A program made the position numbers and the translations under genes. 64,000 nt of DNA from Saprospiraceae bacterium (lineage in GTDB: Bacteria; Bacteroidota; Bacteroidia; Chitinophagales; Saprospiraceae). Shown one piece after another: positions 27,360 to 36,251 of the stretch (positions are counted from its first letter, which is position 1; each line of letters begins with the position of its first letter). The stretch covers positions 54,502 to 118,501 of the forward strand of contig JAYUHK010000161.1 in the NCBI GenBank assembly GCA_043767025.1. Reading direction: 5' to 3'. The notes below the pieces were generated by a model, which was given only the letters and a program-made list of their open reading frames with translations, searched no databases and was not told where the DNA came from.

Positions 27360-28460
27360 ATGATAGGTTGGAGATTTACGGACTTCGTACCCGATGAAAA
27401 AGGCGGTGCGAACTTTGAAAAATTACTCAAAATTTTTCAAGACCTCATCGTCTATACGGCGGGAAATGTCAGCGAATCGCTGGGCTGGCTGACGCAGTTG
27501 GACAAGGATTATAAGCTCACGGACGAAAAGTATGGCATGGCGGATTTCATTCAAGACCTGATTGATAAAGGCTATATCAAACAAGAAGACTCCGAAAATC
27601 CGCGATATGTGCCAAGCTCCAAGATGGAAATTGCGCTGCGACAAAGTGCGCTGGAAGATATTTTTGGGAAACTAAAAAAAGCGCGACCCGGCAAGCACAA
27701 TACCAAAAACTACGGTAGGGGCGACGAGCCGACCTCCGAAGTGCGTCCCTACGAATTTGGCGACCCAATCGAAAATATTTCTATTTCGAGCAGCCTCCGA
27801 AATGCCCAAATCAATCACGGAATCCACGAGTTCAAGCTGACTGGCGAAGACCTCGAAATCCACGAGTCGTACTACCAAAGCCAGATGAGTACGGTGCTGA
27901 TGATTGACGTTTCGCACTCGATGATACTCTACGGCGAAGACCGAATCACGCCTGCAAAGAAGGTGGCGATGGCACTTTCCGAACTCATCACGACGCGCTA
28001 CCCAAAGGACACGCTCGATATTATTGTGTTCGGCAACGACGCTTGGCAGATAGAAATCAAGGATTTGCCGTATCTGCAAGTCGGACCCTTCCACACCAAT
28101 ACGGTGGCGGGTTTGGAGCTGGCGATGGACTTGCTCAAACGCCGCCGAAACCCCAACAAACAGATTTTTATGATTACGGACGGCAAGCCGACGTGTATCA
28201 AAAAAGGAAATAAATATTACAAAAATAGCTTCGGCTTGGACAAAAAAATTATCACCAGAACGCTCACTTTGGCGCAGCAGTGTAAGAAAATGAATATTCC
28301 AATTACTACTTTTATGATTGCTCGCGACCCGTATTTGATGCAGTTCGTGGATCAGTTCACGCAAGCCAACAACGGCAAGGCTTTTTACAGCAGTTTGCAA
28401 GGTTTGGGCGAATTTATTTTTATGGATTACAAAGAAAATAAGGCGAAAAGGCACAGATAA
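27360..28460 (+). CDS. von Willebrand factor type A (VWA) domain protein
   Basis: 366 aa. The C-terminal half has a MIDAS-like LMIDVSHSM...ITDGKPT pattern. I do not recognise the N-terminal ~170 aa. No MoxR-type ATPase gene is adjacent. Confidence 0.65.
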   Translation: MIGWRFTDFVPDEKGGANFEKLLKIFQDLIVYTAGNVSESLGWLTQLDKDYKLTDEKYGMADFIQDLIDKGYIKQEDSENPRYVPSSKMEIALRQSALEDIFGKLKKARPGKHNTKNYGRGDEPTSEVRPYEFGDPIENISISSSLRNAQINHGIHEFKLTGEDLEIHESYYQSQMSTVLMIDVSHSMILYGEDRITPAKKVAMALSELITTRYPKDTLDIIVFGNDAWQIEIKDLPYLQVGPFHTNTVAGLELAMDLLKRRRNPNKQIFMITDGKPTCIKKGNKYYKNSFGLDKKIITRTLTLAQQCKKMNIPITTFMIARDPYLMQFVDQFTQANNGKAFYSSLQGLGEFIFMDYKENKAKRHR

Positions 28461-28491
28461 AACCGCTGTCAATCTAAACGCAGCAACGATT

Positions 28492-29223
28492 ATGAAAAAA
28501 GAATGGTTTGAAACTTGGTTCGATACGGCGTATTATCACGCGCTTTATGGCGACCACAATGAGGAAGAAGCGAAGGAACTCGGAGGGGTTTTGTTGAATT
28601 TTTTGCACTTGCCGCCCTCGTCGCGGCTCTTGGATTTGGCTTGCGGCAAAGGTCGATTTTCAAAATATTTGGCTTCGCGCGGCTACGAAGTGGTAGGCGC
28701 GGACTTGTCGGAAGAAAGTATTTTACAAAATATAAGCAGCGAAACGGACGAACTTACTTTTTTCGTCCACGATATGCGCAAGTCGTTGAGAATCAACTAC
28801 TTCGATGCGGTATTTAATATTTTTACCAGTTTTGGATATTTTGACAGCGAAAGAGATAACCTAAAAACGTTGCAAGCGGTTTGGCAAAATCTGAAGCCAA
28901 ATGGTCTTTTTATTTTGGATTATTTCAATTCGAGCTATGTCACAAAAGATATTATTTCGGAATGTCACAAAAAAGTAGAAAAAATTGATTTTTTTATATC
29001 CAAAAAAGTCGTGAAAGGCTTTGTAGAAAAAGAAATCGAAGTCCGAGACGCTGGAAAAGTATTTCATTTTAAGGAAAGAGTACAACTGTTTTCAAAGTCA
29101 GATTTCGACAACTTGCTTGGGCAAGCGAATCTAAAAATTCTACACCGATTCGGCGATTATCAACTTTCTCCATTTGATGAGGAACATTCGCCACGCCAGC
29201 TAATTATTGCCCAAAAAATATGA
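28492..29223 (+). CDS. Class I SAM-dependent methyltransferase
   Basis: Motif I is LLDLACGKGRFS, and the downstream acidic and NIFTSFGYF motifs are present. Confidence 0.75.
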   Translation: MKKEWFETWFDTAYYHALYGDHNEEEAKELGGVLLNFLHLPPSSRLLDLACGKGRFSKYLASRGYEVVGADLSEESILQNISSETDELTFFVHDMRKSLRINYFDAVFNIFTSFGYFDSERDNLKTLQAVWQNLKPNGLFILDYFNSSYVTKDIISECHKKVEKIDFFISKKVVKGFVEKEIEVRDAGKVFHFKERVQLFSKSDFDNLLGQANLKILHRFGDYQLSPFDEEHSPRQLIIAQKI

Positions 29224-29804
29224 ATTTTATACACCAATTTGACCAATATTTCTTTTACTTTTTCAACACCGTCTGCCACCTTCCTTTTCTGGATTCATTA
29301 GCTACGCTTTGGAGAAATCCTTTTTTTTGGTCGCCACTTTATGTTTTTTTTATCAGCTTTTTATTACTTAATTTTGAGTTAAAAAAAAGTGCTTTTTTTA
29401 TTTTTTGTTTAGCGGTGTTGGTTGCTTGTAGCGACTTTACGAGCAGCTCAATAATCAAAAAAGCTGTTCAACGCGTCCGACCTTGCCGCGAAAAAGCGAT
29501 GGATTTCCAAGTAAAAAAATTAATTCCTTGCGGCGCAGGTTATAGTTTTCCTTCCTCCCACGCCGCCAATCATTTTGCAATAGCCATTTTTATTGCTTAT
29601 ACGCTCGGGCGACGCTGGAAATGGCTAAAACTCCTCCTCATCTTTTGGGCGACTTCGATCAGCATAGCACAAATTTATGTGGGCGTACATTATCCTACGG
29701 ATATTCTGGCGGGAGCTTTTTTAGGGACAACTTTGGCGATTATTTTTCTTAAAATTCTCCAAAAAATCAATATTTTTGACATCAAAAATTCACAAAACGC
29801 CTGA
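29220..29804 (+). CDS. PAP2-family phosphatase (membrane)
   Basis: Carries the motifs KKAVQRVRP, PSSH and GVHYPTDILAG. Has a 4-nt ATGA overlap with the upstream methyltransferase gene. Confidence 0.75.
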   Translation: MNFIHQFDQYFFYFFNTVCHLPFLDSLATLWRNPFFWSPLYVFFISFLLLNFELKKSAFFIFCLAVLVACSDFTSSSIIKKAVQRVRPCREKAMDFQVKKLIPCGAGYSFPSSHAANHFAIAIFIAYTLGRRWKWLKLLLIFWATSISIAQIYVGVHYPTDILAGAFLGTTLAIIFLKILQKINIFDIKNSQNA

Positions 29805-29832
29805 TAATTATTTATTTTATTGAAAAAAAGCT

Positions 29833-30540
29833 ATGCAACCAAGCGATTATTTTTTTCTATTTTTTACCGTTTTTGCTGCTGGCAGCATCGGCTTTTTTGT
29901 GCAAAAAAATACCCAATTTTGGTTACAAATTTTTCTTTCGTTTAGCGGAGCTTATATTTTTGGCATCACGATGCTGCACCTGCTTCCGGAGGTGTTTGCC
30001 AAACTTTCGGAGGAAGCTGGTTACTGGATTTTGCTCGGTTTTTTCATTCAATTATTGCTGGAGCAAATTTCTCGCGGTGTCGAACACGGACATTTTCATC
30101 TTCCACACCAGCCCAGCGGCTCGTTTGCTGTGCAGATTATGACGGGACTGTGCGTCCACGCTTTTTTTGAGGGGATTCCGTTGAGCAATATTGGAGATAC
30201 GCACCTATTTTATGGCATTATTTTGCACCACGCACCTGCGGCTTTTGCGTTGGTTGTGTTGTTTTTGTCCTCCAGATATACGCCCAAAACTGCTTTTTTC
30301 TGTCTGTTGTTGTTCTCATTTATGCCGCCTTTGGGCGCGACGATAGGCGCAAATCTTCAACTTTCAGATGTCACAGAACACCGAATTATTTCCGTTGTCA
30401 TCGGCTCTTTTTTACACATTGCTACCACGATTTTGTTTGAAGTAGATAGCAGCGGCAGCGCGTCCAATCACCACCAAATCCCTTGGCGCAGATTGCTTGC
30501 TATCGCTGTGGGGATAGCGGCGGCGGCAGCGATTAGTTGA
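29833..30540 (+). CDS. ZIP-family divalent metal transporter (ZupT-like)
   Basis: 235 aa and polytopic, with a His-rich loop (VEHGHFHLPH) and HAFFEGIPLS / HHAPAAFAL motifs. Confidence 0.6.
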   Translation: MQPSDYFFLFFTVFAAGSIGFFVQKNTQFWLQIFLSFSGAYIFGITMLHLLPEVFAKLSEEAGYWILLGFFIQLLLEQISRGVEHGHFHLPHQPSGSFAVQIMTGLCVHAFFEGIPLSNIGDTHLFYGIILHHAPAAFALVVLFLSSRYTPKTAFFCLLLFSFMPPLGATIGANLQLSDVTEHRIISVVIGSFLHIATTILFEVDSSGSASNHHQIPWRRLLAIAVGIAAAAAIS

Positions 30541-30586
30541 AAAAAAGTTGTCGATTTTTCTCAAAATCGCTTTTTTTTTGACTATT

Positions 30587-31225
30587 TTACAAATATAATT
30601 CGTCAGAACTTTCGACTTTATCGCTTCCAACTATGTCACAATATGCCAAATATACGGCAATATAACTAATTGGTAGTGTGGCTAAAATACCTATGCCGAA
30701 GAATAACAGACCGACTAAATTGAGCAGTACGAGCAGCAATAAAAATCCAAAAAACTGAAAAAATTGTCGAGTGATAAGCCTCCGACTCAACTCCATAGCC
30801 GCCCAAGCGTCCTTCGTTCCTTCCAGCACAAAACAGCTCGCTAATGTGTAAGCGACTGAAAAATAAACGGCTGGAAACAAGAAAAATGCGCCCAAAAACA
30901 CAAAAATACCCACCAAAAGCGACGACAACACCAACGGTACGAAGCTCTCAAAACCTTCAAAAAAATTTTGAAAAGTGTAGGATTCACGGTTTTTCATTTT
31001 TTTAGCGACTATCAAATAGCCTGCCGCAAATGGCGGAGCAATCATCGGACTTGCCAACGGAATCATTACCGCCGCCGCAATCACACCGAAAAAAAACAAG
31101 GTAAAAACAATATAAACGGCAGGATCTCGCCGAAAAATTTCGACCGCTTCCTCTACATATTGCTTGCTCTTTACGAGGTATCCGTTATCGATTAGCTGTC
31201 GTACTCGTTGCTCTATTTTTTCCAT
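30587..31225 (-). CDS. Integral membrane protein, function unknown
   Basis: 212 aa with an N-terminal soluble helix followed by 4-5 hydrophobic helices. I could not confidently recognise a family. Confidence 0.45.
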   Translation of the reverse strand: MEKIEQRVRQLIDNGYLVKSKQYVEEAVEIFRRDPAVYIVFTLFFFGVIAAAVMIPLASPMIAPPFAAGYLIVAKKMKNRESYTFQNFFEGFESFVPLVLSSLLVGIFVFLGAFFLFPAVYFSVAYTLASCFVLEGTKDAWAAMELSRRLITRQFFQFFGFLLLLVLLNLVGLLFFGIGILATLPISYIAVYLAYCDIVGSDKVESSDELYL

Positions 31226-31276
31226 TTTTTCTGTTTTAAATTCACAAAAATATGCTTTTTGCGCTGCTTGGATATT

Positions 31277-32950
31277 TTATTTTACCAAACTTTCAGCGTT
31301 TTCTAAAATCAATCTCGGCTTTCGAGTTCCCGTATATTGGAGGATAAAACGCGAAGGTTTGGGGTCGATAGTTTGTTCTTTTTGAAACAAATTAAAATCA
31401 AAATTTAAGTTGATTGTGACATATCTGTAATGCTGAATATCTAAATTCATGGCTCTCAAAAGTGTATTTTTTTTACTTTTCTCTAATTCTTCTACGAATT
31501 GTATTTTAGGTTTTATTTTGTACTGCGAATAATAATCAACCGCTATAAGCTGCTGTAAAACAGTATCTTGCGGATAATTATTTTTAGCAAATTGAAAAAT
31601 AGTTTCATACACTTCATTCATAGTGTATTGGTGATAAGGGCGCAAAGAGCCGAAATAGATACCAAGATTTAATAAAAAATCAAAAATACTATAGTTTTTT
31701 GTGACATATTTCAAAGTTTGTAACGTTCTGCCCTTATTCCAATAAATTTCCAACGCATTTTCGAGTTGCTCGATGCGAAAAAGTTCGTCTTTCGACAAGT
31801 ATTTACTTTCTATAATCTGATACGGCGGCATCGGGTCATACACAAATCCATGCGCTTCACATTTCGTGCGCATCGGCGTTCCCTTCAAAAATTTTAGAAA
31901 ACCGAGCTGCAATTCGGGGGCGAAAAGTTTGAAAACTTCCTCAAAACTGTATTTAATATCCTCCCAATAATCTAACGCAAGTCCAACGATGAGGTCGAGG
32001 TGCATTTCGATTTTGTAGGAAAGTACTTCGATTATTTTCTTCGTTTTTTCAAAATTTTGCTTCCGACTGACCTCCAAATTTGCTTTTTGGTTGACGGTTT
32101 GGATACCGATTTCGAAGCGAAACAATCCCGCAGGAACATGGTCGTGGATAAATTGGACGATGTCGGGGTGCAAAATATCGGCAGTAATCTCGAATTGAAA
32201 AACGTTTTCGGGGCGATGATGTTGGAGGATAAATTTAAAAATTTCTATCGTAAAATCCCGCTTTACGTTGAACGTCCTATCCAAAAACTTGATTACTTTG
32301 CCGTGTTGCATCAAAAAGTAGAGGTTGGCTTTGATGCTTTCCATCGGCAAATATCGGACGCGATTGTCTAAACTTGCCAAACAAAATTCGCATTTGTAGG
32401 GGCAGCCGCGCGAGGTTTCGATGTAGAGAACTTTGTTGCGCAAGCTCGCCACGTCGTCGTATTGGTAGGGAAAAGATTCGGCGTATTGGTCGAGTGGAAA
32501 ATTGACTCCCAACGGAACGTAAAGAATTTGGTGGTTTCTTTTTTGGACTAAATTTGCGATTTTGTCCACGTTTGGGTAAGATTTTATAAAATCCGTGAAC
32601 GGAATTTCGCCCTCGCCAGTTATGATAAAGTCTATACAATCCAACGCAATGATGTCTTCCCACTCGTAGCTCACTTCGGGACCGCCGAGCAAAATTTTTA
32701 CATTTGGGTTTATTTCTTTCATCAGTTTTGCCACTTCGAGCGTCTGCGTGATGTTCCAAATATAACAACTGAATGCGACGACATCAAAATCTTTACAAAA
32801 ATCTGCTATGTCACGTTTAGGCTCTTTTATCGTAAATTCTTTCCATTCCAAACCCTCGTGTTTGGAGTTCAAATCGTACAGCAGACGAATCGCCAAGTTG
32901 ATGTGAATATACTTGGCGTTGAGGGTGGTCAATAAAATTCTCATAGTCAA
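31277..32950 (-). CDS. B12-binding domain radical SAM protein (DUF4080-type C-terminus)
   Basis: 557 aa. The N-terminus MRILLTTLNAKYIHINLAIRLLY resembles a B12-binding domain, the radical SAM cluster motif SRGCPYKCEFC is present, and there is a long C-terminal extension. Confidence 0.75.
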   Translation of the reverse strand: MTMRILLTTLNAKYIHINLAIRLLYDLNSKHEGLEWKEFTIKEPKRDIADFCKDFDVVAFSCYIWNITQTLEVAKLMKEINPNVKILLGGPEVSYEWEDIIALDCIDFIITGEGEIPFTDFIKSYPNVDKIANLVQKRNHQILYVPLGVNFPLDQYAESFPYQYDDVASLRNKVLYIETSRGCPYKCEFCLASLDNRVRYLPMESIKANLYFLMQHGKVIKFLDRTFNVKRDFTIEIFKFILQHHRPENVFQFEITADILHPDIVQFIHDHVPAGLFRFEIGIQTVNQKANLEVSRKQNFEKTKKIIEVLSYKIEMHLDLIVGLALDYWEDIKYSFEEVFKLFAPELQLGFLKFLKGTPMRTKCEAHGFVYDPMPPYQIIESKYLSKDELFRIEQLENALEIYWNKGRTLQTLKYVTKNYSIFDFLLNLGIYFGSLRPYHQYTMNEVYETIFQFAKNNYPQDTVLQQLIAVDYYSQYKIKPKIQFVEELEKSKKNTLLRAMNLDIQHYRYVTINLNFDFNLFQKEQTIDPKPSRFILQYTGTRKPRLILENAESLVK

Positions 32951-33026
32951 AAAATAAAAATCAAAGATACGTTATTTAAGACAAAAAAAAAGCACCAACA
33001 CTTTTCGTGCTGATGCTCTCTTGATG

Positions 33027-33100
33027 TCGGGGTACCAGGATTCGAACCTGGGACCCCCTGCTCCCAAAGCAGGTACGCTACCGGACTGCGCTACACCCCG
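33027..33100 (-). tRNA. tRNA-Pro (anticodon UGG)
   Basis: I folded the 74-nt reverse complement by hand into a cloverleaf: acceptor CGGGGTG/TACCCCG, anticodon arm CCTGC-TTTGGGA-GCAGG, T arm CCAGG-TTCGAAT-CCTGG. CCA is not encoded. Confidence 0.9.
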
Positions 33101-33120
33101 AAATAATTTTATGCTTTCTG

Positions 33121-33207
33121 CGGAGAGGCCGGGATTCGAACCCGGGGCACCGTTACCAGTGCGTCAGTTTAGCAAACTGGTGGTTTAAGCCACTCACCCA
33201 CCCCTCC
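33121..33207 (-). tRNA. tRNA-Ser (anticodon GCU), class II with a long variable arm
   Basis: The reverse complement has acceptor GGAGGGG/CCTCTCC (one G-U pair), anticodon loop TTGCTAA, a long variable arm and a T arm CCGGG-TTCGAAT-CCCGG. Confidence 0.85.
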
Positions 33208-33433
33208 TCTACTTCTATTTTCAAAAAGCGATGCAAAGATAGCTGCTATTTCTGAATTTACAAACTTTTGCTACTATATTTTTTACTAAAAAAATAATTG
33301 TGCTACATTGGCACTCATAATCAATAGTTTAGGTAAAAAAAAATATTAGCCTACGCTACCAATAGCGCATAATTACGACAGCGCAAAAGTAGAATAGAAT
33401 GTCTATACGCAGCTCAATTTCGACGAAAAAAAG

Positions 33434-33441
33434 TATCTTTG
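33434..33441 (+). promoter_or_regulatory. Putative -7 promoter box (TATCTTTG) for fbp
   Basis: Matches TAnnTTTG, 42 nt upstream of the ATG at 33483. It lies inside the 28-codon upstream extension of the listed ORF, which supports the shorter start. Confidence 0.4.
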
Positions 33442-33482
33442 CGAAGCCAAATAATTTTTTTCACCAAATAATTTTTCACCAC

Positions 33483-34496
33483 ATGACCAACAAAATTGTT
33501 ACGCTCGATGAGTTTATTATCCGCCGAGAAGGGGATTCTGCTTTCGTACATACGGGCGAACTCACGGGCTTGCTGCGCGACATCGGAGTTGCCGCTAAAA
33601 TCGTCAATCGAGAAGTCAATAAAGCAGGACTTGTGAATATACTCGGCACCGCCGGCACCGAAAATATCACGGGCGATAAAGTCCAAAAGCTTGACCTGTT
33701 CGCCAACGAAAAGCTCATCGAATGTCTAAAAAGCAGCGGCGAATGTTGCGGCATCGCTTCGGAAGAAAACGATGACATCGTTCAGATTCCCGCTCTGATG
33801 TCCAAAAATGCGAATTATGTAGTACTTTTTGACCCTTTGGACGGCTCGTCCAACATTGATGTCAATGTGTCGGTCGGGACTATTTTTGCTATTTATCGCC
33901 GAAAAAGTGACTCCCAAAAGCCGTGTGATTTGGGAGATTTTTTACAAAAAGGCACCGAATTGGTAGCGGCGGGCTATGTGATGTACGGTACTTCGACGAT
34001 TTTGGTCTATACGACGGGCAGCGGCGTGAACGGATTTACGCTTGACCCCTCGATTGGGGAATTTTGCCTGTCGCATCGGGACATAAAAATTCCTGCGCGT
34101 GGCGATTATTACAGCATCAATCAAGGATATTACTTGAAATTCGATATAGAAATGCGTCGCTATGTCGATTATTGCTCTGACCTCAATCTTGGTTTGCGCT
34201 ACATCGGCTCGATGGTGAGCGATATTCACCGCATACTTTTTCAGGGAGGAATTTTTCTTTACCCCAACACTCGCAAGTATCCGCATGGCAAACTTCGCTT
34301 GGTGTATGAGTGCAATCCGCTGTCTTTTGTGGTCGAGCAAGCAGGTGGAAAGGCGATTACGACTCAGCTCAATAGGATTTTGGAAATCAAACCGTCCAAG
34401 CTGCACCAGAACAGTACGATAGTAATTGGGTCGCCAGATATGGTAGATGAGATGAAGTCATTTGTGGAAAAATATGCTGCCACAGCGTTGATGTGA
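33483..34496 (+). CDS. fbp: Fructose-1,6-bisphosphatase, class 1
   Basis: I chose the start at MTNKIVTLDEFII. The motifs DPLDGSSNIDVNVSVGTIF, GYVMYG and the YECNP-type region are present. Confidence 0.9.
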   Translation: MTNKIVTLDEFIIRREGDSAFVHTGELTGLLRDIGVAAKIVNREVNKAGLVNILGTAGTENITGDKVQKLDLFANEKLIECLKSSGECCGIASEENDDIVQIPALMSKNANYVVLFDPLDGSSNIDVNVSVGTIFAIYRRKSDSQKPCDLGDFLQKGTELVAAGYVMYGTSTILVYTTGSGVNGFTLDPSIGEFCLSHRDIKIPARGDYYSINQGYYLKFDIEMRRYVDYCSDLNLGLRYIGSMVSDIHRILFQGGIFLYPNTRKYPHGKLRLVYECNPLSFVVEQAGGKAITTQLNRILEIKPSKLHQNSTIVIGSPDMVDEMKSFVEKYAATALM

Positions 34497-34520
34497 AATT
34501 GAAAATCTTTGATTTTCCGA

Positions 34521-34558
34521 AAGCTCCGATTGTATTCACAATCGGAGCTTTTTTTTAT
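34521..34558 (+). terminator. Rho-independent terminator of fbp
   Basis: A perfect 12-bp stem (aagctccgattg / caatcggagctt) with a 6-nt loop is followed by a T run. Confidence 0.85.
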
Positions 34559-34842
34559 TAATTTTTTTTTGAAGACTATTTTTTGCTATGTCATAATTTA
34601 TAATTTTTTGGGAAATTATGTTTACTGTAATAAGTTGATAATGAGTTATTTATGTAAAAAATTGCTACAATGTGGTGTTTTAAAGGATACAAAAACCATT
34701 TTGGTTCGTTCTGTAGTAAGTCATTAAAATAAATAAAAAAAAATTATTTAAAAAAAAAATCTAATTTCACCCTGTCCCAAAGGTTGATTTAACCGTATAT
34801 TATTTTGACGTAAATTATTATTTTTCAAATAGCTCAACGAGT

Positions 34843-36222
34843 ATGCAAAATTTAGTTTTCCCATACAAAAACACAGTGTTATTTTGTCTGTTAATGTTTG
34901 TAAATTTTCAAATAGCAGAGGCGCAAAATAAATTTACAAAAGCACTAAAAAATGAAATGTGTGACAGGGTAAAAGAAGCTACTCAACACGCATGGAGCGG
35001 TTACAACCAGTATGCCTCGGGCTGCGACGACCTTATGCCGTTGAGCAAAAAAGGTAGAAATTGGTACAAATTTTCGATGTCCATGACTCCTATGGACGCT
35101 TACGATACTTTCGTCTTGATGGGACTAAAAGAGGAGGCGGCGCAGGCGCAGGCTTCGATGATAAATAAATTTAATTTTGATTTGGACAACGATGTTCAGG
35201 TTTTTGAAGTTACTATTCGGCTGCTCGGAAGTCTTTTGAGTGCCTACGAATCGGAGGGAAATAAACAATTTTTGTCCCTTGCCGAAGACTTGGGGCAGCG
35301 ACTTCTTCCCGCTTTCAAAACGCCAACAGGAATGCCGTACCGCTTCGTGAATCTTCATACTGGCAACTGTCGCGACAGCATCAACAATCCAGCTGAAATC
35401 GGTACTTTGACCCTCGAATTTGGTAAATTATCCGAGTTTACGGGCGACAAAACCTATTACGAAGTCGTTAAGAAAGCGACTTTGGCGGTCTTTGAGCGTC
35501 GGAGTGCTTTGGATTTGGTAGGCGAGGCGATAGATGTTAAGACTGGAAAATGGACGAATACGAACAGTCATATCAGTGGCTGCATTGATTCTTACTACGA
35601 ATATCTGTACAAAAGTTGGTTGCTTTTTGGGGACAAAGATTTCAAAAAAGCGTTTGAAATTCATCAAAAAGCGATAAAAAAATATTTGATTTGTGACACC
35701 GAAAATGGTAGTTTTATGCGCCAAGTCAATATGAATACAGGTGTCGAAATATCCTCCAATTACGGCGCATTAGACGCTTTTTATACAGGTTTGTGCGTGT
35801 TGGAAGGCGATATTTTGTTGGCAAGAAATATCCAAAAAGCCAACTTCTCCATGTGGAATGCCTTCGGTATGGAGCCAGAAGAGTATAATTTTAAGACGCA
35901 AAATGTGACAAACTCACAGTACCACTTGCGTCCCGAAAATTTAGAAAGCTGCTTTTATCTTTACCGAAGCACCAAAAGCGAACAGTATCTTTGGGAAGGA
36001 AAAAAAATGGTTGATGACATTCTAAAAAACTGTCGGTCAGAAGTTGGCTTTGCCTCTATCAAAGACCTAAAAACGATGGAAAAAATGGACGTTATGCACA
36101 GTTTTTTATTCGCCGAAACGCTCAAATATGCTTACCTACTGTTTGCGCCAGACGCTTCGTTGGACTTGAAAAAATATGTCCTGAACACTGAAGCTCATGC
36201 TTTTTTAATAGCCAAAAAATAA
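34843..36222 (+). CDS. Glycoside hydrolase family 47 (class I alpha-1,2-mannosidase-like), secreted
   Basis: 459 aa with a signal peptide. GH47-type motifs: FEVTIRLLGSLLSAYE, LTLEFGKLSEFTGD, DSYYEYLYK, YHLRPENLESCFYLYR, SFLFAETLKYAYLLF. Confidence 0.8.
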   Translation: MQNLVFPYKNTVLFCLLMFVNFQIAEAQNKFTKALKNEMCDRVKEATQHAWSGYNQYASGCDDLMPLSKKGRNWYKFSMSMTPMDAYDTFVLMGLKEEAAQAQASMINKFNFDLDNDVQVFEVTIRLLGSLLSAYESEGNKQFLSLAEDLGQRLLPAFKTPTGMPYRFVNLHTGNCRDSINNPAEIGTLTLEFGKLSEFTGDKTYYEVVKKATLAVFERRSALDLVGEAIDVKTGKWTNTNSHISGCIDSYYEYLYKSWLLFGDKDFKKAFEIHQKAIKKYLICDTENGSFMRQVNMNTGVEISSNYGALDAFYTGLCVLEGDILLARNIQKANFSMWNAFGMEPEEYNFKTQNVTNSQYHLRPENLESCFYLYRSTKSEQYLWEGKKMVDDILKNCRSEVGFASIKDLKTMEKMDVMHSFLFAETLKYAYLLFAPDASLDLKKYVLNTEAHAFLIAKK

Positions 36223-36251
36223 TTTTCTGACGGCTTTTGTGACAAAACAGG

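Noticed and set aside
27672-28472. A 266-aa minus-strand ORF
   Set aside because: It is antisense to the VWA-domain gene, which has a clear MIDAS-type motif. The translation shows no motifs and has a shadow-ORF composition.
25773-29804. Two PAP2 phosphatase genes within 4 kb, each overlapping its upstream gene by ATGA; I considered whether they form a dedicated lipid-modification system
   Set aside because: The upstream partners (an LptF/G permease and a SAM methyltransferase) are unrelated to each other, and repeats and other genes separate the two pairs. PAP2 genes are common in Bacteroidota, so the evidence is insufficient for a system.
34509-34727. A 72-aa ORF between fbp and the GH47 gene
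   Set aside because: It starts inside the fbp terminator. Its translation is extremely AT-rich and low-complexity (Phe, Ile, Tyr, Asn), so it is most likely non-coding spacer.
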